From the IMG/VR virus record IMGVR_UViG_3300020420_000671: a stretch of DNA of 64,000 nucleotides; one strand, 5' to 3'. The position numbers and the translations under genes are program-made. Numbering within the stretch: position 1 is the first letter of the stretch; each line of letters opens with the position of its first letter. Source of the stretch: a virus (lineage: Duplodnaviria; Caudoviricetes). The notes beneath the pieces are model-generated. The model did not search any database, had not been told where the DNA came from, and saw only the letters and a list, made by a program, of their open reading frames with translations. Of the stretch, positions 10,601-19,492 are shown one piece after another.

Positions 10601-13600
10601 CATATTCTATAGCAATGAATATTGCTGGTACAGGATACCAAGTAGGTAACGAAATAACCATAGTAGGTACAGATTTAGGTGGTGCGGCACCAACAAACAA
10701 TGCTACACTTATAGTGTCAAGTATTGATGGTTCAGGAGGAGTAAACAACGCAACAATCACAGGTACAGCAATAGGTGGAGGAACACTTAATTTGGTAGGT
10801 GGTGTTACGCTTTCAGACTTTACTACAGCAGGTATACCATCTAGTTCAAGTGTAAACTTTGAAGCATTGTCAACTATCGAAGTAACATATCCATACGCAC
10901 ACGGAATAGTGCCTGGAGATACATTTATTGTTGATGTAAATTCAGATGATGGTGGAACAAATAATCACAGCTTGGCGGCAGGATCATTTATAGCAACTCA
11001 AGTTCCTACACAGAAAAAAATTAGATATAACACAAGAGCTCCAGGATCAATAGCAGAATTTGATGCTACTTCTACAGAAGATAGAATACAAGGTAACGTT
11101 TACCTACGTCCAGATAGTTTCTTTGTACACAGACCATATGATGGAGGTGTACAGCTAGGAACAGGTGGACCACAACACGGTGCTCAAGCAATTAGACAAA
11201 GTAAAAAATATATTAGATATCAATCAGGTAAAGGTATTATGTATACCACTGGTGCTTTGTTTGCTCCATCTTATGACGTCAGAAGCATTACAGCTTCTAG
11301 TATAAACATAGGTGCAACATTGACAATCATTACAGATGATAACGATCACGGTGCTCAGGTAGGTGGTAGAATAAGACTTATTGGAGTTGAAACAAAAGGA
11401 TACAACGGCGAATATGTTATCACGCAAATTGTTGATGAAAGAACATTACGTTGCTTGTCTACTAGAAGATTAGGATCAACAAATGCTGTGCTTGGATTTG
11501 GAGCACAGATGACAGTTGTTGGTTGGCATGGTGCTACTGTGCGTTCAGGAGTCTTTGATGATCAGAATGGAATTTATTGGGAATATGATGGAACCAATGT
11601 CAGTGTAGCTCAGAGAACTTCAACAAGACAGATAGCAGGTACTGGTTCGGTTACTCCAGATAGTAACTTGATAACAGGTAACAACACAAGATTTAGAGAT
11701 CAACTTAAAGCAGGTGACAGAATTGTAGTAAAAGGAATGACACATGTTGTATCTCATGTAAATTCACAAACTGAAATCACAGTAACTCCGGACTACAGAG
11801 GTGTAAACGTTTCACAGGCATGTAAAATTAATCTAATAAGTGATAAAAGAGTGCTACAAAATGAATGGAATAGAGATAAACTAGACGGTACAGGCGGTAG
11901 TGGTTATAACATGGATGTAAGATATATGCAGATGATTGGTATCCAATACAGTTGGTATGGTGCTGGTTTCATTGACTGGATGGTCAGAGGTGCCGATGGT
12001 AACTTTGTATACTGTCACAGAATGCGTAATTCAAACGTAAACACTGAAGCATTTATGAGATCAGGTAACTTACCTGTGCGTTATGAAGTGACCAATGAAG
12101 GATCTATGACATCACTTGCGGCAGATATTAATCCTACAGTTACAACGATACCGTTGGTTGAATCTAAGTTTTTCCCAAGTTCAGGAACAGTATTCATCGA
12201 CAACGAATTAATAAGTTATACAACCATAGATCATACTACAAAGTCATTGACAAACTGTACAAGAGGTACAACACTACAAAATTTCCAAGCAGGTGCTACT
12301 AGGCAGTATTCAGCAGGTGGAGCAGACGATCACTCAGCTAGAACAGGTGTAATTTTAATTAGTAACACAATTACTCCACTTATATCACACTGGGGTTCAG
12401 CGTTTGTTACAGATGGTAACTTTGATGAAGATAGAGGATATATCTTCTCATATACAGAACCAGGAATCAATGTTACTACTACAAGAGGTACAGCTTTCTT
12501 GATAAGACTAGCACCAAGTGTATCCAACGCTATTGTTGGTGACTTGGGTGATAGAGAACTACTTAACAGAGCTCAGTTATTGATGCAAGGACTTGAGTTA
12601 ACATCAGATGGTGTTGATCCTGCTAACAATGCCAACATAATTACAGGTGGTATTGTTGTTGAAGGTATTCTAAATCCACAGAACTATCCACTCAACCCAA
12701 ATGATATTGGTTGGACTGGATTGTCAGGACTAGCACAAGGTGGTCAGCCTAGCTTTGCTCAGGTAGCATCAGGTGCTTCAGTTAACTGGAACTCAGGTGA
12801 TACGGCTACCTACTCAACAGTAGCAGTTATGGCTAAGGTTACAACAACAGCACAGCTGATGCCATGGTGGTCATTTAGAACAAATAGAAGCTACGCATAC
12901 TTTACAGCAGACAGTTGGGAAAATTCTAACTTATCAGTTGGTGATATTGTTAACGCAGACGGTGGCGGCAATGAATATTTCCCACAAGGAACTTCAATTC
13001 AAACAGTTGTTGACCAAAGTATTTACGGAAGATATCTTGTTTACTTCTCACAAAATAGTAACTCAAATAGTTCTAACGGTGCTACGCAGACATTTGAAAA
13101 AGGCGGAGATGTTGTTAACAGTACACAAGCATTGTTCTTAAAAAACGCATGGGACGCAGGAGGAGCCAAGTCAGGTACTGAGATTGGTGATTCTGGAGGT
13201 GCTCCGACAGACCAAGGTGATATTACAATGCCAGCAGGAACATACGTTTCAAACGTAGAAGGACCATTGCTATTTGGTGATCAAAGTGGATCAGGTATTG
13301 AATATTACAGAGTAACATTTAATAACGCATTTAACGGAACACTTCAGCCAGGAGACTTGTTTAACTTTACTTTCCAACAACCACCTTACGCACAGCCAGG
13401 TGAAACAGTATTTTCATTTATTGCTACACCAGGTGAAAGATCAACACTTGATCTAATGCTGTTGAAAGAATTAACAAATACTACACTAGGTGGTCGAGGT
13501 ACATTCCCGAATGGTCCAGATGTTTTAGCAATTAACATCTATAAAACAACTGGTGCCGCTACAACAGCTAATTTAATTATTAAGTGGGGAGAGGCTCAGG

Positions 13601-13605
13601 CGTAG
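7642..13605 (+). CDS. large tail fibre/spike-like virion protein (1987 aa)
   Basis: Gly/Ser/Thr-rich, beta-rich, five internal ~90-aa repeats, located in structural run. Confidence 0.65.
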   Translation: MAKKKIVEYRFYPGIGINDSVYPNAYALITANKNFIQKEVTAWIARQVQLNATGFVGYTYDAAKCERDTGYNVDAWAHDLTYGGNQETTRIANTYWEGDVAQLDGDRQAEILAKGFTRDLINNHIITNSPQGTPYQTAVTQVTTANTGESAASTRIQILAQIVIDVITTGTSALPTFERKGLGHIRFPGNYDTSDLLIVTNTTKATVIYNFTDPLKGGKVTREDDVTPRDSGGYVIKYDTTDANSDADDDFPKYLQTTDSIAVLDLNFNTSSMATSDELQIFIDSPEQTIRPYDFGTDAIERIRVAQPLSMLDADFEYGLQPTKWSAIGMMRGYPSIYELPGTDTQVLSVVTDASSGTAGIGASRITVTTIGAHGFEPGTPITIKALEDAVGGAARAEGSFIIDDVPTPNTFRFFAKSKVGTTNGQVLSTTYTQLRQGAFYTGASVGQPQFIVASNGTNGTMTLALAAQTGENRLAFTGDVPEIGAPIVNAAFPTGTQVTGINSTPGGTPLSMNLTQDINPGNTSFTVSSTTNIAQGQAANNGTGDAIFVNSIVGNTVNMSGSFTSTIARNTQTYTGVSGTITAPVGTNAQFDINRSGVNYSITTVSQIGSGYKAGDVIKITGNNLGGFTPANDAEIVIATVNGSGGVLTATISGTALSGSVTYQDVASTYNHGSGTWGASTVDINYENDAYSSISIASPNDTTGYAVNDGLRIVGTSVLGGSGQDGSQNDNGNDIVAKVATIGAGGSISSISIVNDAARTGTAPDSTVNYSFGGAGGASFTGGSGSSFEFQIDKQVGATTSYGIMLSNGGSSYNTADVIVCAGTDLGGASPANDLYLRVVAVDGNGGITDVRLEGQDISSAPVPFNGGVFSGKTLTNFNGSGAVFDVTNNGSTYSVAVDTPGTNYIDGQEFTVAGTALGGSSPANDATISISATNSTGASNQGIIQTVSISGSAPSLPTDFSNVAGANQAHAGASGTFDITRTQGAYSIAMNIAGTGYQVGNEITIVGTDLGGAAPTNNATLIVSSIDGSGGVNNATITGTAIGGGTLNLVGGVTLSDFTTAGIPSSSSVNFEALSTIEVTYPYAHGIVPGDTFIVDVNSDDGGTNNHSLAAGSFIATQVPTQKKIRYNTRAPGSIAEFDATSTEDRIQGNVYLRPDSFFVHRPYDGGVQLGTGGPQHGAQAIRQSKKYIRYQSGKGIMYTTGALFAPSYDVRSITASSINIGATLTIITDDNDHGAQVGGRIRLIGVETKGYNGEYVITQIVDERTLRCLSTRRLGSTNAVLGFGAQMTVVGWHGATVRSGVFDDQNGIYWEYDGTNVSVAQRTSTRQIAGTGSVTPDSNLITGNNTRFRDQLKAGDRIVVKGMTHVVSHVNSQTEITVTPDYRGVNVSQACKINLISDKRVLQNEWNRDKLDGTGGSGYNMDVRYMQMIGIQYSWYGAGFIDWMVRGADGNFVYCHRMRNSNVNTEAFMRSGNLPVRYEVTNEGSMTSLAADINPTVTTIPLVESKFFPSSGTVFIDNELISYTTIDHTTKSLTNCTRGTTLQNFQAGATRQYSAGGADDHSARTGVILISNTITPLISHWGSAFVTDGNFDEDRGYIFSYTEPGINVTTTRGTAFLIRLAPSVSNAIVGDLGDRELLNRAQLLMQGLELTSDGVDPANNANIITGGIVVEGILNPQNYPLNPNDIGWTGLSGLAQGGQPSFAQVASGASVNWNSGDTATYSTVAVMAKVTTTAQLMPWWSFRTNRSYAYFTADSWENSNLSVGDIVNADGGGNEYFPQGTSIQTVVDQSIYGRYLVYFSQNSNSNSSNGATQTFEKGGDVVNSTQALFLKNAWDAGGAKSGTEIGDSGGAPTDQGDITMPAGTYVSNVEGPLLFGDQSGSGIEYYRVTFNNAFNGTLQPGDLFNFTFQQPPYAQPGETVFSFIATPGERSTLDLMLLKELTNTTLGGRGTFPNGPDVLAINIYKTTGAATTANLIIKWGEAQA
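9397..10770 (+). repeat. five degenerate ~90-aa protein repeats inside the 1987-aa fibre
   Basis: Consensus G...F.I.....Y......G..Y...D.I.I.G..LGG..P.ND....V..I. Confidence 0.7.
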
Positions 13606-13990
13606 GCTCAGGCTTATCGCTTTGGCTATCACCTGGAAACACTCTGTAATTATCTTCTACAGAATCAGCAGTACTTACTTCAGTTATAGAACTACCTCTT
13701 TCCATACAAACTAATTGATGAGGTTGTAATGGAGGATTTCTCCACGTATCTCCTGCCTTTAATTCTTGTTCGTGTAGTTCAGCAGTTTGCGTATCAATCC
13801 ATCTTAACAAGAATCTACCAGCATTGACAAACCAAGATTCGTCTTTTTCTCTGTGAAAGTGCATTGAAAACTTTGCTCCGAGCTTTTCAAATACCATAAT
13901 TTTACCGCAGTATTTTTCATTAGTTGCCCAGATTAGTTCATAACCCCAACCTTTTTCAACTCTACCTTCAAGTCTTTTTGTCATGTACAA
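13580..13990 (-). CDS. cupin-domain protein (sugar isomerase/epimerase-like)
   Basis: KGWGYELIW, FSMHFHREKDESWFV, HQLVC. Confidence 0.65.
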   Translation of the reverse strand: MYMTKRLEGRVEKGWGYELIWATNEKYCGKIMVFEKLGAKFSMHFHREKDESWFVNAGRFLLRWIDTQTAELHEQELKAGDTWRNPPLQPHQLVCMERGSSITEVSTADSVEDNYRVFPGDSQSDKPEPTPEPLPT

Positions 13991-14816
13991 TATCCTTTAG
14001 ATATTCATCTATAGTAATCCAATGCCTTATTGGTATAGTATTATGTATCTTAGTATTATCAGCACAAGTGTATTCCTGATACTGTCCTTTTAGGTGATCA
14101 GGCATATCTATGTACTCTATTTCAGCATCTTGTAATTTAGCAACTAATTTGGCAACAGTTTCAATATCTACAGGCTTACTAGTACCCAAATTGAATATAC
14201 CACTTATATCTTTTGACATCATTTCTTCGTGTATACGCACTACATCGTATACTGACACTAAATCTCTTTTGTATAGATGACTGTCTTTAAATAATTTAAT
14301 TTTTCCGGTCAGTGATGCTTGTTCTTGAAACTTGCTTACCATGCTTTGTTGATCTTTCTTATGTCCTTCTCCTGGACCATATACATTAAAGTATCTAAAA
14401 GATTGAACATTCATTTTAAATTGTGTAATATCATTGTCCAGTAAAAACTTATCAACTAGATATTTGCTCCAAGCATATGGTGTTTGCGGATAAACAGGAT
14501 CTGTTTCGCTAAACATTTCTTTCTTCAATGGTCCATATACTGCCGCTGTACTTGCTAATTGTATATTTGTTCCATAATGATCACATATTTGTAGTAGTCT
14601 CATGGTAAATTCGTAGTTGTGTCTCCAAACTTTATCTACATCTCTTTCTGTGGTATCCGAAATAGCTCCACAGTGAACTACCCAATCATACTGTTCAACA
14701 GCAGGAACTACGTTTTCTACCCAATCATAACCTTCTACTTCATGTCCTTTATGTAAAAGATATTGTGACATATGGCTTCCTATAAAGCCTTTGTGTCCTG
14801 TAACTAATACTTTCAT
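13968..14816 (-). CDS. hldD: ADP-L-glycero-D-manno-heptose 6-epimerase-like NAD-dependent epimerase
   Basis: VTGHKGFIG, HCGAISDTTE, ASTAAVYG, YAWSK (YxxxK), FRYFNVYGP.E.HK, KRDLVSV; adjacent to hldE. Confidence 0.8.
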   Translation of the reverse strand: MKVLVTGHKGFIGSHMSQYLLHKGHEVEGYDWVENVVPAVEQYDWVVHCGAISDTTERDVDKVWRHNYEFTMRLLQICDHYGTNIQLASTAAVYGPLKKEMFSETDPVYPQTPYAWSKYLVDKFLLDNDITQFKMNVQSFRYFNVYGPGEGHKKDQQSMVSKFQEQASLTGKIKLFKDSHLYKRDLVSVYDVVRIHEEMMSKDISGIFNLGTSKPVDIETVAKLVAKLQDAEIEYIDMPDHLKGQYQEYTCADNTKIHNTIPIRHWITIDEYLKDIVHDKKT

Positions 14817-16063
14817 TGTGTCATTTTTCCTATTATGTTTGTTGTACTATGTCCTTCTACTGTAGGAAATATAACCACTTCAGCCAAATGATTACCAACC
14901 ACTGTCTCTGGAATATAATCACCGCCTTTTACAATAATGTCTGGTTGTACCTTTTCCATAGTTTGTAAAGGAGTATCCTCATCAAAAATTACTACTTCGT
15001 CAATGAAACCAAGTTCCTCAAGGGCTTGTTTTCTAGTAAATTCATCATTGATAGGTCTTGTATCGCCTTTAATTCTTTTAACACTCGTATCACTGTTTAT
15101 GCCTACAACTAATTTATTACCAAGAGTTTTGGCATGTTTCAATAACTTTAAATGTCCAACGTGTAGTATATCAAATACACCATTTGTAAAAACTATTCCT
15201 GTGCTTAAATCTTTTGGAGTAATCACAGCTACGCCACGTTTTTCAACTATTCTAGCCGCGGCAAAACAGGCTAGTTTACACGATTCGAATATATCCAATC
15301 CTCTTTCTATTCCATAGGCAATGACAGATAACACAGTATCACCTGCTCCGGTTACATCAGCAACTTCTTTTACAGGTTCCATAAAATTTTTATATTGTCC
15401 TTGTTCATTTATCACATGTATACCATTGGCACCATCTGTAACGACCAACCAGTTCCATTTATGTTTACGCATATTCTCTAAAGCAGATTCTATTGTAAAT
15501 TCTCCAAACCATGATATGTATTCTTTCATATTTGGCTTTACTAAAAAAGCACCTGCGTAGATTTCTGGACTTTGTTTAGGATCTACTAGAACCTTACAAC
15601 CTTTTGAAACTAATTCTTGAACTGTATTCTCTTGAACAATTCCTTTGTTGTAATCACTTACACAAATTAAAGTGTTAGAAGTTGCGTCAATTAGCAATCT
15701 TTCATACGCTTCTGTACCTTTATAAACTTCTTCGTTGTCCCAACGTACAATGTGTTGGCCGTTTTGTCCAACTAATCTAGTTTTGGTTGTTGTAACCAAA
15801 TGATCTTTTACAACTCTAGCTTCTAAATCTGTATCTTCTAACAGTTCAAGTAGTTTATATCCCTCTTTGTCTTGTCCAACACTACCAAACAGCTTTACCT
15901 GTCCATTGATAGATTGGATATTAAGAGCCAAATTACCTGCTCCGCCTATGCTGAAATGTTGTGATTCTTCTAATAAGACTGGTACAGGAGCTTCGGGGCT
16001 TATCCTATCTGCGTTACCAACTATCCATCGGTCCAACATGATATCACCGTATACTATTATCAC
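14813..16063 (-). CDS. hldE: bifunctional heptose 7-phosphate kinase / heptose 1-phosphate adenylyltransferase
   Basis: YGDIMLDRW..G..DRISPEAPVPV, GGAGN, SDYNKG, DVTGAGDT, then FTNGVFDILHVGH (HxGH), KGGDY. Confidence 0.9.
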   Translation of the reverse strand: MIIVYGDIMLDRWIVGNADRISPEAPVPVLLEESQHFSIGGAGNLALNIQSINGQVKLFGSVGQDKEGYKLLELLEDTDLEARVVKDHLVTTTKTRLVGQNGQHIVRWDNEEVYKGTEAYERLLIDATSNTLICVSDYNKGIVQENTVQELVSKGCKVLVDPKQSPEIYAGAFLVKPNMKEYISWFGEFTIESALENMRKHKWNWLVVTDGANGIHVINEQGQYKNFMEPVKEVADVTGAGDTVLSVIAYGIERGLDIFESCKLACFAAARIVEKRGVAVITPKDLSTGIVFTNGVFDILHVGHLKLLKHAKTLGNKLVVGINSDTSVKRIKGDTRPINDEFTRKQALEELGFIDEVVIFDEDTPLQTMEKVQPDIIVKGGDYIPETVVGNHLAEVVIFPTVEGHSTTNIIGKMTQ

Positions 16064-17541
16064 TGATGATTCCTAATGTACTCTGAATTATCTGGCAAGT
16101 ACGTAGTTTTAGCATCAAATTCTTTTACGTGTTGAACGTATGCCTTATCTGATAACAGCGTATCATTGTTGTAAAATAATTCTTTTCTACAAACTTCGTC
16201 TGATAATTTTCCTGTGCCTGCTAGTACATAACTCCATAAAGGCCATCCTGCTGATCCTTCTTGTCTTGGAAACATTGATTGATTGGGTGTTCTGTGTTTA
16301 CTCATTTCATGTATATCTCTAACGAAAGGTGTTATTGTTTTACCACTGTCAATATATCGCCAAAATTCTGTATCTTTTCTACCACAAGTGTAATGAGCAA
16401 CTAAGAAGTCTTTGAGTATATCATATAAATGACCATTTGTATTATTGTATTCAGCCACTTGTCCTATGTTACATGTCTGATCTACATCATTACCTAAACA
16501 CCCGTAAACAAAATGTTTCAGTTGGAATATGGTTGTATGTATACTTGTAGCTTCTAAAGGTTCAGCAAAAGCCGCACACAATCCAACTGATAAACAGTTT
16601 TTTATCCATAATGTTTCTTGTCGGCCGCTTTCAAATTTTAGCAATCTAATAGGTTCTACTTTCTTTCCTATGGTTTGTTCTAGTTCGACTTGTGCTTGTT
16701 CAGGAGTAACGAAATCATCACAGAACACATAACCGCAACCTCTTCTGTTCAATGTAGGAATTTGCCAACACCAGCCGTTCTTTTGTGCCCAAGCATTTGT
16801 TACAGGTTCAATTTTTTCATCTTCATCATATGGTAATAAAAAAGGTAAAGCACTATTTACAGGTAAATTTTCTTTGTAACTTTTCCATTTACTACCTACT
16901 GCTTTCATTAAAATTTGAGCAAATCCACTAGCATCAATAAACATATCTCCTGGTTGTGTTTGACCATTGCTTAACTTTAATTCTTTTATATAACCACTTT
17001 CAGGATGTAATACTACTTCGTTTACTTCCGAATCTATATGTTTTACAGTATCACAAAGTTTTTTGAAATATTTTCCTACCTTGTGTGCGTCAAAGTGATA
17101 AGCGTGATTACCGTTATGATCAGGAAAACTATTTTTATTATGATGTATCTTGTAACCTAGTTCCGTAGAAATGTGTAGTAATTCTTTGTCTCGATATCCT
17201 AAAGCATTTAAAAAAACCAAATCCTGTGAATCATAACTTGTAGGAGACCCATCAATAGGACCATAGTAATGGCTTACTGTATCCGGATTCCAACCTATGT
17301 GTTTTATTCCTAATTTAATTGTAGCGTCACATTCTTCTATAAAGTCTTTTTCAACACAACCTAAGTTATGCATCTCGTTTTGAACTATGTTCGTTAATGA
17401 ACCTGTACTGCCTTCACCAGCTCCTATAATTCCAATTTTACTACTTTCAATACAAGTTACTGAATGCTCTGGACGTATTTTTGAAATCATCAATGCGGCC
17501 AACCAACCAGCAGTTCCGCCTCCTACAATAACTATTTTCAT
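16060..17541 (-). CDS. flavin-dependent (tryptophan halogenase family) protein 2
   Basis: VGGGTAG, GAGEGS, ATIKLGI, WCWQIP, FAEPLEATSIH. Confidence 0.85.
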   Translation of the reverse strand: MKIVIVGGGTAGWLAALMISKIRPEHSVTCIESSKIGIIGAGEGSTGSLTNIVQNEMHNLGCVEKDFIEECDATIKLGIKHIGWNPDTVSHYYGPIDGSPTSYDSQDLVFLNALGYRDKELLHISTELGYKIHHNKNSFPDHNGNHAYHFDAHKVGKYFKKLCDTVKHIDSEVNEVVLHPESGYIKELKLSNGQTQPGDMFIDASGFAQILMKAVGSKWKSYKENLPVNSALPFLLPYDEDEKIEPVTNAWAQKNGWCWQIPTLNRRGCGYVFCDDFVTPEQAQVELEQTIGKKVEPIRLLKFESGRQETLWIKNCLSVGLCAAFAEPLEATSIHTTIFQLKHFVYGCLGNDVDQTCNIGQVAEYNNTNGHLYDILKDFLVAHYTCGRKDTEFWRYIDSGKTITPFVRDIHEMSKHRTPNQSMFPRQEGSAGWPLWSYVLAGTGKLSDEVCRKELFYNNDTLLSDKAYVQHVKEFDAKTTYLPDNSEYIRNHQ

Positions 17542-19043
17542 TAAAAGTCTCCAGTACTATGACATCTTACATACCAATCATAACCCATATTGGTTGTTTC
17601 TATAGCATCTTTATGTGAGATGCTTAATTTATTTCTTATTTCTTCTGATCCCATAAATTCTTGCATAGCAAAATCTATCTGCATTGGACTTAACCTGTTT
17701 AGGTCAACGTTTGTTGGATAGCCCATTTGTATTAACCATAATTGCCAATTCTGTGGATGAAAGAGTGTTTTACTTGACACATCAGAATAAAAAGTTCTTT
17801 GCGGATCTTTTAACCAATCTTCATAAAATAAATGTCTTTGAGATTTTACGTGTTTTTGTTTAACGTAATTCCAAAACTTTGTGTCCCATTTACTATCAGC
17901 ATAATGGCTACCAACGAAATCAACAGCATCACCATACCATGACATCATTGTTTTGTTATACATGTCTATTGAATTTTCTGTATAGGCGTATTGCGGAATA
18001 TGTAAAGCAAGTTCTTGTACACCATATGTCATACTGGCTAATCCTGTTGACTCTAGTGGTTCAATAAATCCTCCACTTAACCCAATTGATACAACATTCT
18101 TTTCCCAAAAGTTTTCACTATAGTACGGTGTCCAATCGATTAATTTCAAATCTTCAGGCTTTATTCTATTGTTCCAATGTTCACAAAAATATTTTTTAGC
18201 TTCTTCTGGGTCAGTAATATTACTATTGAATACCATACCAGAACCAATTCTTGATTGTGTTGGTATTTTCCAAATCCATCCATGGTCCACAGCAGGGCAA
18301 CTTACGTATGGCACACACTCTTTTTCAAAATCTTCATATGGCACATGTCCTGCTACTGCGGCGTTGGTGAATAGTCTACCTGTATCCAGTAACTCCACCT
18401 TTTTCTGGTCTTTTAACAGCGATAAGAAGCCCGTACAGTCCAGGTAAAAGTCTGACTGGTGTGTTGTACCATTCTTTAGTTCAAGGCTGGTTATATAGCC
18501 ATCTAGGTCTTTATTTACTTTGACTACATCGCTCTTGATGATGTTAACTGTGTTAGTGCAAATGTTTTGTAACTCAGTTACAAGTTTGCCAGCATCTATA
18601 TGATATGCTAACGTTTCAAAAGCATTGAACATGTCGACCTTGTTCATCATAGTATTTTGATAACTAGGAACACTATATTCTCTAAAATCTAAATCTTGTT
18701 TTTGTGCCCAGATATCATATTGTGTACATTTCAAATCAAAATATGATCTATTTAAAAAGAATGGGTGATAAATTTTTTTACCTGGCTCTACCCAGTTTGG
18801 AAAATCAATACCGGCCTTGTATGTAGCATCAACGTTTTGGAACCATTGAGGCAAATTAATTCCACATTGTCGTAGGAATGAAGGAAAAGTTAACACGGTT
18901 GCTTCACCAACTCCTATTGGATTACCTACTTCTTTATCAATCACCGTTAAGGGCATGTCCCAAAAATTATTTTGTATATAAGTTGCGGCTAGCCATGCCG
19001 CTGATCCACCGCCAACGATAGTGATGCTTTTAATTTTTCTCAT
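17541..19043 (-). CDS. flavin-dependent (tryptophan halogenase family) protein 3
   Basis: VGGGSAA, GVGEAT, ATYKAGI, WIWKIP, FIEPLESTG. Confidence 0.88.
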   Translation of the reverse strand: MRKIKSITIVGGGSAAWLAATYIQNNFWDMPLTVIDKEVGNPIGVGEATVLTFPSFLRQCGINLPQWFQNVDATYKAGIDFPNWVEPGKKIYHPFFLNRSYFDLKCTQYDIWAQKQDLDFREYSVPSYQNTMMNKVDMFNAFETLAYHIDAGKLVTELQNICTNTVNIIKSDVVKVNKDLDGYITSLELKNGTTHQSDFYLDCTGFLSLLKDQKKVELLDTGRLFTNAAVAGHVPYEDFEKECVPYVSCPAVDHGWIWKIPTQSRIGSGMVFNSNITDPEEAKKYFCEHWNNRIKPEDLKLIDWTPYYSENFWEKNVVSIGLSGGFIEPLESTGLASMTYGVQELALHIPQYAYTENSIDMYNKTMMSWYGDAVDFVGSHYADSKWDTKFWNYVKQKHVKSQRHLFYEDWLKDPQRTFYSDVSSKTLFHPQNWQLWLIQMGYPTNVDLNRLSPMQIDFAMQEFMGSEEIRNKLSISHKDAIETTNMGYDWYVRCHSTGDF

Positions 19044-19479
19044 TCTCTAAATATCCTATAAGGTCAAAAACAGTTTTTAGTTTAGTTTGGTTAGTTTTGT
19101 TTTGTAGTGTATTACGTAAACCCATGTGTAACGGTTTTGGCCATTTGCCAAAACTTACCCAACTATATCCATCATGTTCTTCGTTTAGATTAGGAATAAA
19201 TTCATTTTTTGTTACACACAAATATGTATGGAAACTAAATTTTTCATCGCTACTTACAAATGTTTCTAGTGGTATGGTTTTCAAAATTTCTGGTATCTGT
19301 CCAATTTCTTCAGTTATTTCTCTTTGTAAAGCGGGCCACGGATACTCATTTTTTCCATTGGTTCCGCCTACTAAACCCCAGACGTTTTTTTGTTTACTTT
19401 GTGTTCTATGTAGTAGTAGAAACCTTTTGGTCTTTAAAGCATAGAATAAGGCTCCACTACATGTGATTTCACTATTCAT
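19030..19479 (-). CDS. NUDIX hydrolase
   Basis: Canonical Nudix box GTNGKNEYPWPALQREITEEIG; start moved to ATG 19479. Confidence 0.85.
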   Translation of the reverse strand: MNSEITCSGALFYALKTKRFLLLHRTQSKQKNVWGLVGGTNGKNEYPWPALQREITEEIGQIPEILKTIPLETFVSSDEKFSFHTYLCVTKNEFIPNLNEEHDGYSWVSFGKWPKPLHMGLRNTLQNKTNQTKLKTVFDLIGYLENEKN

Positions 19480-19484
19480 GTAAA

Positions 19485-19492
19485 TAATTATC
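19485..19492 (-). promoter_or_regulatory. putative late promoter variant GATAATTA
   Basis: One mismatch to GATAAATA, 5 nt before NUDIX ATG, same spacing as other late boxes. Confidence 0.4.

Noticed and set aside
13592-13613. 10-bp direct repeat AGGCTCAGGC at the convergent fibre/cupin overlap
   Set aside because: Explained by the PEP-x-PEP low-complexity tail of the cupin; too short to imply an att site
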